Positions 12,031 through 22,475 of a DNA stretch of 39,877 nt are shown here, in pieces. The first letter of the stretch is position 1; every line of letters begins with the position of its first letter. The stretch comes from Octopus bimaculoides (lineage: Eukaryota). The translations under genes were made by a program, and so were the position numbers. The notes beneath the pieces were generated by a model. The model made no database searches and had not been told where the DNA came from. It worked only from the letters and a program-made list of their open reading frames with translations. Location of the stretch: positions 38,702,082 through 38,741,958 of the forward strand of contig NC_068989.1 of assembly GCF_001194135.2 (NCBI RefSeq), written 5' to 3'.

Positions 12031-13002
12031 TAATATACTTCAATATTACAGTATTATGAAGTAATCCTTTGAAATGAGAGGAGCTGACTTGAAAATATCA
12101 GGAGAAATTTATGAGAAGTAGTTCAAACTTCAGAGAATATTATGTCTTAATCAAGAGAAAATAAATAATGAATACAGAAATAAATAAGGTAAAGAAGCAG
12201 GAATAATTTTGCAATCAAGTGATAAATTGTCTGCTGGATTATCAATCTGATATAATTTTCTTTGAAATGAAATAAGGGATACGGATGTGTTGACATTAAA
12301 GTGTTGCATAGATTAAATATTGATAAAGTTGGGGCTTCATTGTTACCAGATGGGAGTTATTTAATTAAGAGATAAAAACAGGTGATGAGAGAGACAAATA
12401 TTCAAAGCACAAAGCAGACATTGTTAGTAATCTGTTACAAGATATATAAATATATAAAATGTTTCCAAACGAGAGTTTGGTTTAAAAAAATGATGGGTAG
12501 CATAGGCAAGTAGCAGTGAACATTCTGAGAATTAGGAAGAAGAAAAAGAGGAAGAAAAGGCAAAGGAAAAGGAGGCGGAGGCAGCAGTGACATTGTCATA
12601 TAAGCAATAGGGACATTTGTACATTTTGATAAACTAATGACAGCTTCTGCAGTCACACAGACTGCTCAAAGTAGCAACTAAATCTTCAAATTGCATTCTT
12701 AGAAAATGTAAAGACACATTGGATACTGTAGTTCTAGATACATTGTCCAAGGGAAAAATGAAAGGATTGTCATGGTTAGATTGCCTTTGATCATAGATTT
12801 TTAGTATCATTGCTAATCTAAAGCTAAACAACAATAACAGCAAAAATAATTGTATATTTTGAAGAGACACAGAAACAGTTATGTTCTTCAGGAAATTTTT
12901 AGCTAACATTTTCAGTTAAACCTTGGGAGAGGCATTATGCCGGTAATAAACACATGCACTGGTTCAGTCCTTCATTAATTTATAAACAGTATATAGTTTT
13001 TT

Positions 13003-13043
13003 GTTAAATAATTTCATTGCACTCTTGCAATCTCTTCAGTAAC
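13003..13043 (-). ncRNA. Degenerate type I hammerhead ribozyme motif
   Basis: Minus strand: GTTA CTGAAGA G ATTGCA AGAG TGCAAT GAAA TTATT TAAC. Stem I GTTA/TAAC, 6-bp stem II and core present; C11.1 missing and stem III eroded. Confidence 0.5.
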
Positions 13044-13687
13044 TTCTCTCTCCACTTCCATTTATTTTGAATGTATCATCTGGCGTTGTTTTGAAACTGT
13101 TCGGTATGAGCATGTGAGTGTGTGCAAGCTCGTATGTGTGCACGCTCATATGTGTGCACGCACTTATGTGTTCGTGCTTATATGTAAGTATGTGCGTCCA
13201 TATGTGTGTTTGTAACAATTTCGTTTATATCAAGAATCTTGCACATGAAATACACATACGAAATATTTTCAGTTAAAATATTCAATAATAATTAATTCAT
13301 TTCACTTTAAGTCACAGCAGAAAACTACTGAATGATACAACTTCTCTTTTACCTCTCCTTAATTATAGTATTTTTCCTCCCTGATATTTTATCTCCCCTA
13401 TATGTTTAATATATTTTTACCTCCCCATTAAAAATAACAATTTTCTTTCTTGATTTTACCCCTTGCTGAAATAGAAGTTATTTTTCCCTGTCAGAAAAAA
13501 ATCAGTTATACATCACCTCGCTATGTATTCCTGATGTACTATGTCACCCCAACAACATATTTTCCCCACAAGGAGAAATTCATACGAGTTCAAAGAGAAT
13601 ATCAACTGTACTGAACTCACAAGAACACAAAGTTTGCAAGGATCATGAGCACTTCACCTATTAGATAATAATTTTGTAATCTTACAT

Positions 13688-13865
13688 GCATCATCATCTT
13701 AATTCTTATCATCCACTTTTCCATGTTTGTGGAATTTGCTGAGGCAAAATTTCTATCCTTCCTGTCACCAACCCGCACTTGTTTCCAAGAAAAGGTAATG
13801 TTTCCTGTAGCCATACATATTTTCCACGAAAGACTGGATATGAATGACATCACTTCTATGACAGT
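13688..13865 (-). mobile_element. RTE-tail non-autonomous element, family D variant
   Basis: CATCATC...CCACTTTTCCATG...GAGGCAAAATTTCTA...CCTTCCTGTCACCAACCC...GTTTCCAAG; reverse homolog of 30540-30715. Confidence 0.65.
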
Positions 13866-13904
13866 ATTACATGCTTTCAGCTATCACATGATGTCAGGGC
13901 AAGA

Positions 13905-14060
13905 GTGCACATAAACACACACATGCACATAGAGAAACACACCAGGCTTCCATCGGCCTCTGCCTATGAAATCGAACTCAGCCCAAGAAGATACAAGCTG
14001 AACTTGTCACACATTGAGGTTGAACTCGAGACCAAACAGTTAACCACACAAACATGCCAC
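13905..14060 (-). mobile_element. Decayed SINE family A, 5' part
   Basis: Reverse complement begins GGCATGTTTGTGTGGTTAA and ends GATGGAAGCC plus a TG-rich tract. Confidence 0.4.
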
Positions 14061-15189
14061 ATATGTGTATATATATATAATAATATTAAGGATAAAAATC
14101 CAAATTTACAGGTAAAAACTCAATTATATTCAATTTATTAAAAATTGAAATTAAATTAAGTTTCACAGTATATATATATATATATAGTGTGGAATTGTCA
14201 AAGACATCCTTCAATTTTTCTTTAATTGAATAAAATCAATAAAATCATGATCGATACATATGTAATTGTACATGATGAAGAGAATGAATAATGATAAGAT
14301 AGTATAAATAAAATTTCAAATGTTTTGGTGCATGACTTTTGACTAACCCGGTACACAATACACACACATGCATGTGTGCACGCACGCACACACACACACA
14401 CACATACACACACACATATTCTCACACACACTCACGCTAATGTAACAATTATGAAAGTATTCTGGCTGGTTTGTGTGTGAATATGTTAATATCTATCTCG
14501 TTTCATCATAGAAAAACTCCTTTCAGAGAAGTGTGTGCTCATAACACACTGAATTCATGAGTGCAAGGGTTATTTTGGATACATGGTGCTTCAACATCAT
14601 TGTGTCTCACCAGCCAAAGGCATCATGGACAAATGTATCTAGCAAGTGATTGTAGCTCTTGGTTATGAGTTTAGCAAATAAATTATTTTACTGATGTGTG
14701 CTAATATCTGCCAACTGATAATCATCTTGTGTACAGTGAACAGCAAAAGTCAAAATTACGACTTTCATTTTCATTCTTAATACATTTCAGCAAAATCGAA
14801 TGTGAATATGTAGTTGCTGTTATGTTCCATCATTGGAGAACAACTCTTTCCAGAAGAATAAGTCTTCATGACTCACTCAATTCATTAGCAAAGTGACTTT
14901 GGGGTACCTGGTATTTTGACATCACCTGTTGTTAGATTCATTAGAATGGGGTGCTTTTGACTGGTAAGACACAACAACGTCAATAGGCGTCCCAAATTCC
15001 CTTACACTATGGAATCAAGTGTGTTATGAAGACACATTTGTTTGAATGGAGAATTTGTTCTTCAATGATGAAACACAATAGTAATTATCTTATTCATGTT
15101 GAAATCTGCCAAAATGTATGAAGGAATATGCAAGTCATTGTTTTGATTTTCACTCTGCACATGACATTTTATTATATATGTGTGGGAAA

Positions 15190-16355
15190 CTGTGATGCTA
15201 AGTTAAGATTTCTCATTTTTTTCCAAATCCTTCATACTTCATTCGCCCTTAACACTTTAAATGTATTATTTACTAACAGCTTGTTTTCATGAGCTAACCA
15301 TTGAAAATGTCCCCTAAAAATATTGTTTTATCTCTCAAGTAATTTCGTTAAGATAATTACTTGTTTCTTGGTCTGTTTAATCTCATTTTTATTACCATTA
15401 TTATCGTCCTTCTGTCCCCAAACTAAACTTTGCTTGTTTGTGGTGTTTTCATGAGATAACCATTGAAAATGTCCCCTCAAAAATATAATTTTATTTCTCA
15501 TGTAATTTCATTAAGATAATTACTCATTTCTTGGTCTGTTTAATCTCGTTCCTATTATCATTATTTTCGTCCTTCTGTCCCCAGACTAAACTCGCTTCTA
15601 GTTGCAGTTTATCTGTTTAAAAACTCTCATCTCATGTGTTTCCCCTCCATTCCATTCATTCGCCAAACGATTCTGCGATGCTAAGCTAAGATTTCTCATT
15701 TCTTACCGAATCCTTCATACTTCATTCACCATTAACACTTTAACTGTATTATTTACTAACAGCTTGTTTTCATGAGCTAACCATTGAAAATGTCCCCTAA
15801 AAAAACAAATATTGTTTTATCTCCCATGTCATTTTGTTAAGATAATTACTCGTTTCTCAGTCTGTTTAATCTCATTCTTGGTACCATTATTTTCGTCCTT
15901 CTGTCCCCAAACTAAACTTTGCTTGTTTGCAGTGCGCTCACCCTTTCCCACCCCCACCACCAATACCGGATATCTCTATCTTCCAGCCATCTATACTGGA
16001 TATCCCTTCTCCCACCACCATTACCTGTGTCTATTCTCCCAACTCTTCCTCCTCACTGGGCTGTTCTCTATATATTACCTGCACTTCTCTCTCTCTCCTA
16101 GGACAAATGCAGCCAGCCCAGCTGCTCATCCACCCACCCACTTAACCAGCTATCTTAGGTTTCGTTCTGTCTAGAAATTTGTCACCATTGCTACCAGATA
16201 TCTCTTCTCCTAATTCCCCCTCCTCACTGGTGCTGTTCCCTATATTACCTGCACTCTCTCTTTCTCTATCTCTCTACTGGGACAAATACAACCAGGTTAT
16301 CTGCTCACCTACTTAACCGGCTATCTTTTGTTTCATTTCCATTCTGTCTAGAAAC
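15190..16355 (+). repeat. Complex tandem array upstream of the RTE ORF (A-B-B-spacer-A-B, then C-C)
   Basis: A (~92 bp) at ~15190 and ~15673; B (~160 bp, GTTTTCATGAGCTAACCATTGAAAATGTCCCC...CTAAACT) at ~15283, ~15445 and ~15766; C (~140 bp, CCTCCTCACTGG...TTCTGTCTAGAAA) at ~16040 and ~16215. Confidence 0.9.
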
Positions 16356-18222
16356 ATGCCAACAACTACCCAGGAGTTTTCCTTGCCCTTATCAAGTGAA
16401 GGAGAAAGCTATTTGGGTGTCCATGTGTGCTTGTTCCTGTGTGTGGGTGCGCATGTGTGTATGTAGGAATGAGCTTGTTTCTGCTCTCTCTGTCTGAACC
16501 CTACCCCGCCTAAAAAACGAACACCACAGCAACCTCACTCTTCTTTTCAGGCGTTGAATAACATCCCTCCTCCACAAACTTCACACTAAATTCCCTTCCT
16601 AGTTTTCAGAGTTGGCACTGACAATGTTGGCACAGTGACAGGTAGGTCTAGTGAGATTGTAGAGATGCTTGAAAGGAGAGGGGTTGATGTATGCTGCATA
16701 CAAGAAGTAAGATGGAGAGGAGCTTCAGCTAGGGTCCTCACAAGCAAGGCACATAGGTATAAAGTCTTCTGGCAAGGTAACATGGATGGTGTAGGGGATG
16801 TAGGCATACTCCTTGCTGAGAAATGGGTAGATAAAGTCATAGAGATTGTTAGGGTATGTGATTGAGTGCTTAAGCTCAGGCTAGTCCTGCAGAACAGCAC
16901 AACTACAATTATCTCTGCATACACCCCCACATGCGGGCTACCAAATGATTAGAAGGACCACTTTTATGATACCCTTATACAGGCTACTTCAAAGACGAGT
17001 GGCAATGACCTCATCTTTGTGGTTGGAGATTTTAATGGGCATGTTGGGCCGGAATCTGGCATCTTCACTGGGTACACGGAGGCCATGGTATTGGCACCTG
17101 GAACAATGAGGGAACTAGGCTACTGGAGTTCTGCGATGCATGTAACCTTTTAATCTGCAACACTAACTTTAGGAAACCAGACAGCCACCTGATAATCTAT
17201 CAATCAGGGGACTCTGCTAGCCAGATTGATTTCATACTCACCAGACAGCAGGATGCGGGATTGCTCTTAAATACAAAGACCCTCCTGGGTAAAGAATGTA
17301 CCCCCAGCATAGGCTAGTCATTAGTGACTTTAGGCTCGAGGCCAGAAAGATACCAAGAAGCAGACCAATCCAGAAAAGAAGGATTTGGAAGCTAAAGAAC
17401 CCTTCACATGGTCAGAGATTTAGGGACATCCTCATCAAGAAATTTGATGAAAAGGAGGAGGAGCTACCGACCAAGTCTGCAGATGGTGCAGAGTTGCTTC
17501 CAGACCTAGAGTTACATGGTGGTGGAATAGTACGGTAGACAAAGCCATTAGAGCAAAGAAACAGGCCTGGAAAGGTGGGGGTAGCAGGGAACTGTCCCAG
17601 GTAGCCAAAAGGGAGGCTGGGTGGCAGGTATACATAGCCAAGGGCGGAGCAGAAAAGACGTTTTCCAATGTCTAGCGACATGAGGACCAAAGAACTGAGG
17701 TATTTCAGATCACAAGACAGTGTGTGAGAGAAAATTGTGATGTCCCAGGAGAGAAATGTGTTAGCATGGATGATGGTGCAGTTGGTTTTAATGATTCTGA
17801 AAAGAAAGAGGCTTAGAGAAGCCATTATGAAAGACTGCTGAACATGGAGAATGAATGGGAAGAGGAGAGCCTGCCAAATGTTGACCCAGTAGAGGGACCA
17901 GCTATGCGAATAGACAGCTCCCTGGTAGATAAAGCAATTAAGGGTATGAAGCCAGGAAAAGCCCCCGGCCCATCAGGAATCACAGCTGAGATGCTTAAAA
18001 CATCTGGTGGTGTGGGCTATAGCCTAGTCACCCACATTGTAAACCAGGTGGTTCATGGTAGAGTCATACCCAATGACTGGTGTAGCAACACCATAGTCAA
18101 CTGCTACAAGGGTAAAGGTGATGCTCTAGATTGAAATAACCACTGGGGTATCAAAGTGCTGGATCAGATGACAACTGCAGGAGAAATACATAGTTAAAGA
18201 TAAACCCCATTACTTAGCTTTT

Positions 18223-19395
18223 GTGGTCTTGGAGAAAGCCTTTGACAGGGTCCGCCAATCCCTTATCTGGTGGGCGATGCAGAAAGTGGAGATTAATGAA
18301 TGGTTAGTAAGGGCTGTACAGGCCCTATACAGAGAGGCCGTTAGTAAAGTTAGGATTGGCAATGAGCATAGTGAAAAATTCTGGGTAGAAGTAGGGGTCC
18401 ACCAAGGTTCAGCCCTCAGTCCCCTTTTATTCATCATAGTCCTCCGGGCAATAACAGAGGAATTCAAGATGGGTTGCCCCTGGGAGCTCCTCTATGCTGA
18501 TGACCTGACCCTCATAGTAGAATCACTACCAGAACTAGAAAAGAAATTCTTGGTGTGGAAGCAAGGTTTAGATTCAAAAGGTCTTAGAGTTAATGTAGCA
18601 AATACCAAAGATCTAGTAAATAGGAACTCATCACACACACCCTCAGGTAGGTGGCCTTGCTCGATCTGTAGAAAAGGTGTAGGTAGAAACTCCATAAGAT
18701 GTACCCAGTGTAAACTATGGACACATAAGAGGTGCAACAGCATCAAAGGAAGATTAACCGAGAAAATAGTGTTTGTGTGCAGCAGATGCACAGGGGCAAT
18801 AAACACAACAGATGCTCAGAAAACAGATTCCATCACATTCCAGGGGGAGAAACTAGAAGTAGTTGATAGCTTCCGCTACCTAAGTGACCAAGTTAGTAGT
18901 GGGGGTGGATGCTCAGAGAGTGTTGCTACTAGAATAAGAATAGCCTGGGCAAAATTTAGAAAGCTTCTACCCCTACTGGTGACAAAGGGCCTCTCACTCA
19001 GAGTGAAAGGTAGATTGTACGATGCATGTGTGCGAACTGCCATGCTTCATGGCAGTGAAACATGGGCCATGACTGTGGAGGACATGCGTAGGCTTGAAAG
19101 AAATGAAGCTAGCATGATCTGCTGGATATGTTATGTCAGTGTGCACACACGACAGAGTGTAAGCGCCCTGAGAGAAATGTTGGACATAAGAAGCATCGGA
19201 AGTGGTGTGCAAGAGAGACATTTGCACTGGTATAGTCATGTACTATGGATGGCTGAGGAGAGATGTGTGAAGAAGTGCCACTCCCAAACAGTTGAAGGAA
19301 TCCGGAGTAGAGGTAGACCCAGGAAGACATGGGATGAGGTGGTCAAGCATGACCTTCGAACGTTGGGTCTCACTGAGAAAATGGTGAAAGACTGA
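18223..19395 (+). pseudogene. Longest remaining open RT segment of the RTE (390 aa), with a C4HC3 PHD-type finger at 18658-18789
   Basis: ORF track; CSIC-x10-CTQC-x4-H-x2-C-x14-CSRC lies between YADD and the SFRYL motif. Confidence 0.9.
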
Positions 19396-19499
19396 GACCT
19401 CTGGAGATACGCTGTGACTGTGAAGACCCGATAAATAAAGTGAGTCCACAGCTGTATCCTACACCAATTTCGCATAACCAGCCCCAGCCCATTCAAAAG

Positions 19500-19561
19500 T
19501 ACCTTGGATCGTAGGATGACCTGCTGTGCTTACCTTGGATCGTAGGGCAACCTGCTGTGCT
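19500..19561 (+). repeat. 31-bp direct tandem duplication in the RTE 3' UTR
   Basis: TACCTTGGATCGTAGGATGACCTGCTGTGCT followed by TACCTTGGATCGTAGGGCAACCTGCTGTGCT. Confidence 0.95.
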
Positions 19562-19775
19562 TGAGGAGACCTATTGAGTCAAGTACATCAACATTAAAAG
19601 AAAAATCAAATGGAAATTGTAGCTGTAATACCCATGCCGGAGGCACGTCAAAAGCACCCACTACAGTCATGGAGTTGTGGGTGTTATGTATGTATGTATA
19701 TGTATATACATAAAAATTAACAGAATTAAAAAAAAATCTAAGGCTGTGAATAGTTTTCAGAATATTTATAAAGAG

Positions 19776-19823
19776 GTCTTACAGCTGTTTCCGAGATATT
19801 TTATATATCTCTTCATCAGAGAC
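19776..19823 (-). ncRNA. Type I hammerhead ribozyme, minimal with palindromic stem III
   Basis: Minus strand: GTCT CTGATGA A GAGATAT ATAAA ATATCTC G GAAA CAGCTG TA^ AGAC. Stem I GTCT/AGAC, 7-bp stem II, ACAGCTGT palindrome, GUA cleavage triplet. Confidence 0.8.
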
Positions 19824-20572
19824 AGTGCAAGAAAATGTTTAAGCAATAATTATTATAGAGAAGATATAAAATACAGAGTGAAGTAGAGGAATGAAAACAG
19901 ACGTGAACTATGTAAGGATATTGTATCTACATTTCCATTATTTAAGCAGAAATATGTGTATATAAGTTTGGAACTCACACACAAAGTACAGGAAACTTAT
20001 ATGTACACCATTCTGCTTAGATAATGGAACTGCAGATACAACACCCTTACGTACCTCATCTGTTTTCATTCCTACACTTCACTCTGTATTTCATAAGGGG
20101 AGACAAATCTCTTTGGTTGGAGTTATGGACGCTTTGTCAACAGGAAGTTTATGTCTGTTCCTAGAGTTTATGTCTGTTCCTACACACACTTCCTGTTTTG
20201 ACACCACACTTCCTGCTTAACACATTAACCTTTAGCTCCTTTTCTCTTTTTTTAAACCTAACACAACTCTCAATTTCCATGCATCCTTATTTTTCCAGCT
20301 ATTATCTACATGGATTACCATTGAACTTTAAAAACTCAAAGACAATATAATGTATTGGTATATTTATATTTTATATATTATTTTTTACTTTTTTGTAAAA
20401 AAACATTTTCATTCTCCCACTACTTGAAAATTTGCCATGCTATGAAACTGGTTAGAATTCTATATTAAGATATGCTTTCAGTTTAGCATTCTGCCTTATT
20501 ATTATTTTTCATTTTCCACTTGGCTGAAACACATAAATAAATAAATAAATAAATATATATATATATATATAT

Positions 20573-20711
20573 TACTCTTATTCAAGGATGTTGTTGACAG
20601 TGACTTTGAAGTTACAGCCATCTAAACCATCGTTGGACTGCTGTCCAACAACAGCTTAGCTGGCTGAAACTTTGATCGAATCACTGTCAACAACATTCTT
20701 GTATAAGAGTA
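20573..20711. repeat. 139-bp foldback (palindromic) element, MITE-like
   Basis: 31-bp outer arms match 29/31 (TACTCTTATTCAAGGATGTTGTTGACAGTGA / TCACTGTCAACAACATTCTTGTATAAGAGTA); inner pairs CAGCCA/TGGCTG and GTTGGAC-TGCT-GTCCAAC. Confidence 0.85.
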
Positions 20712-21341
20712 GTAAATTTGTATTCTATCAGAGTATTGAGTTATCCACAGAATTATGTGAAATTGTTTTTATTATAACTGAACATAAAAACAAACATTAA
20801 TGTGTGTGTGTGTGTACACACATGTACGTTCATTCATTTTTGAAACTGTTTTACTGGAGGCAGATTATGTTGATGCTGGATGCTCTTCATATCACCAACC
20901 CATACTTTTCTTTCAAAAAATTTTATTCCACTTATCCTCAAAAGAGCAAAAATGACTGAATGTATTTTCTCCAAGTAATGTAAAAAGTGGTATCATCACT
21001 CTTACTCTAAGAATGACACATAGAAGGACAACAATTATGTACAGACATACATACACAGATACACATTCTCGGTATGCATCTATGTTAGTTTTAATTACTT
21101 TTAAATCATTTTATGCCACAATCAAAATCGTGTCATGAGTTACAAGTTTCCAATGGGCGAAATGCTGGTTCATGATATTTCTGATAGCAACACTTTCAAG
21201 GGAGTGTCAGTAACACAGTCTAGAGGAAATATCTGAAATGACTTCATTTGGAAGGAATTCTTTTTGTTTTCAATTTTTCAGCTTATGTTTAGATCCTTCT
21301 CTGTAACAACCAAGGAAAGATATGTGCATGCATACATACAT

Positions 21342-21407
<66 letters not shown>

Positions 21408-21437
21408 TTATTAATATTTCTAAGTCTCTCTAAAGGA

Positions 21438-21916
21438 NNNNNNNNNNNNNNNNNNNNNNNNNNNNNNNNNNNNNNNNNNNNNNNNNNNNNNNNNNNNNNN
21501 NNNNNNNNNNNNNNNNNNNNNNNNNNNNNNNNNNNNNNNNNNNNNNNNNNNNNNNNNNNNNNNNNNNNNNNNNNNNNNNNNNNNNNNNNNNNNNNNNNNN
21601 NNNNNNNNNNNNNNNNNNNNNNNNNNNNNNNNNNNNNNNNNNNNNNNNNNNNNNNNNNNNNNNNNNNNNNNNNNNNNNNNNNNNNNNNNNNNNNNNNNNN
21701 NNNNNNNNNNNNNNNNNNNNNNNNNNNNNNNNNNNNNNNNNNNNNNNNNNNNNNNNNNNNNNNNNNNNNNNNNNNNNNNNNNNNNNNNNNNNNNNNNNNN
21801 NNNNNNNNNNNNNNNNNNNNNNNNNNNNNNNNNNNNNNNNNNNNNNNNNNNNNNNNNNNNNNNNNNNNNNNNNNNNNNNNNNNNNNNNNNNNNNNNNNNN
21901 NNNNNNNNNNNNNNNN
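21438..21916. other. Assembly gap (N run)
   Basis: 479 Ns. Confidence 1.
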
Positions 21917-21964
21917 AACTCTATTTCTGAAAACCAGTGGATAGATTCCACTGAAATTAGATAA

Positions 21965-22106
21965 ATAACTTTCGAACAGATAGTCAGCAGCGCCGCCTGG
22001 CTAGGGCTTGGCTGCTCTGCATTGACAAGGGGCAACACCCTGAAACTAGTCTGCAGATGCCAGACCAGCAGGGGGACACTGCTGACCTCCCCTGTTCGAA
22101 GGTTAT
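21965..22106. repeat. 142-bp GC-rich foldback element
   Basis: ATAACTTTCGAACAG / CTGTTCGAAGGTTAT (14/15), then GTCAGCAG/CTGCTGAC, with inner hairpins CTAGTCTG/CAGACCAG and AAGGGG-CAACA-CCCT. Confidence 0.75.
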
Positions 22107-22409
22107 AAAGGACACAGGTTTCGTGTGCCACATAGCTAGCTAGAGACGATGGCTTCTTGGAGCTAATTCACGGCAGCTTTCGTCCTAATTTATATATATA
22201 TATATATATATACACACATGCACACACACGTGCGCTGTGGAAGTCACTTATTGGGGTCACTTTGCCACAGATGCTTTTAAGATAACATTAATTGGCTGAT
22301 AACATTAAGCAGAGAATATAACAATATTCTGAGTATATTTGGGATTCACTAATATTGACAACAATAACTAATTGGTAGCATTATCTGTGATTGTAATAAA
22401 GGCTTCCAT

Positions 22410-22413
<4 letters not shown>

Positions 22414-22461
<48 letters not shown>

Positions 22462-22475
22462 ACACACACATATAT
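22414..22475. repeat. (CA)n microsatellite
   Basis: Directly visible. Confidence 0.95.

Larger units (their letters stand above)
16480..19680 (+). mobile_element. RTE-clade LINE, near full length, inactivated (APE endonuclease + RT + 3' UTR)
   Basis: APE motifs RVGTDNVGTVTGR, DVCCIQEVRW and VVGDFNGHVG; RT motifs KAPGPSGI, EKAFDRV, GVHQGSALSPLLF and ELLYADD; C-terminal RGRPRKTW. Several stops and two apparent internal deletions (~17460, ~18170). Confidence 0.95.

Noticed and set aside
14820-15110. Possible decayed DD37D/maT-type transposase C-terminus (LLDSLEWGAFD)
   Set aside because: Similarity too weak, frameshifted, and no matching TIR pair found.
15283-15929. B-unit motif TTCATGAG...TTGAAAATGTC resembling a hammerhead core in tandem ~160-bp monomers (retrozyme-like)
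   Set aside because: Core reads TTCATGA rather than CTGATGA in all three copies, and no stem I or stem II pairing can be formed.
15190-16355. CRISPR-like array
   Set aside because: Eukaryotic context; units are long, adjacent, diverged duplications with no unique spacers and no cas genes.
21264-22131. 226-aa and 233-aa ORFs
   Set aside because: They run through the N gap.
22107-22190. Two CGAAA motifs on the minus strand as a hammerhead
   Set aside because: No CUGANGA and no stem I partner; kept only as part of the structured-element finding.
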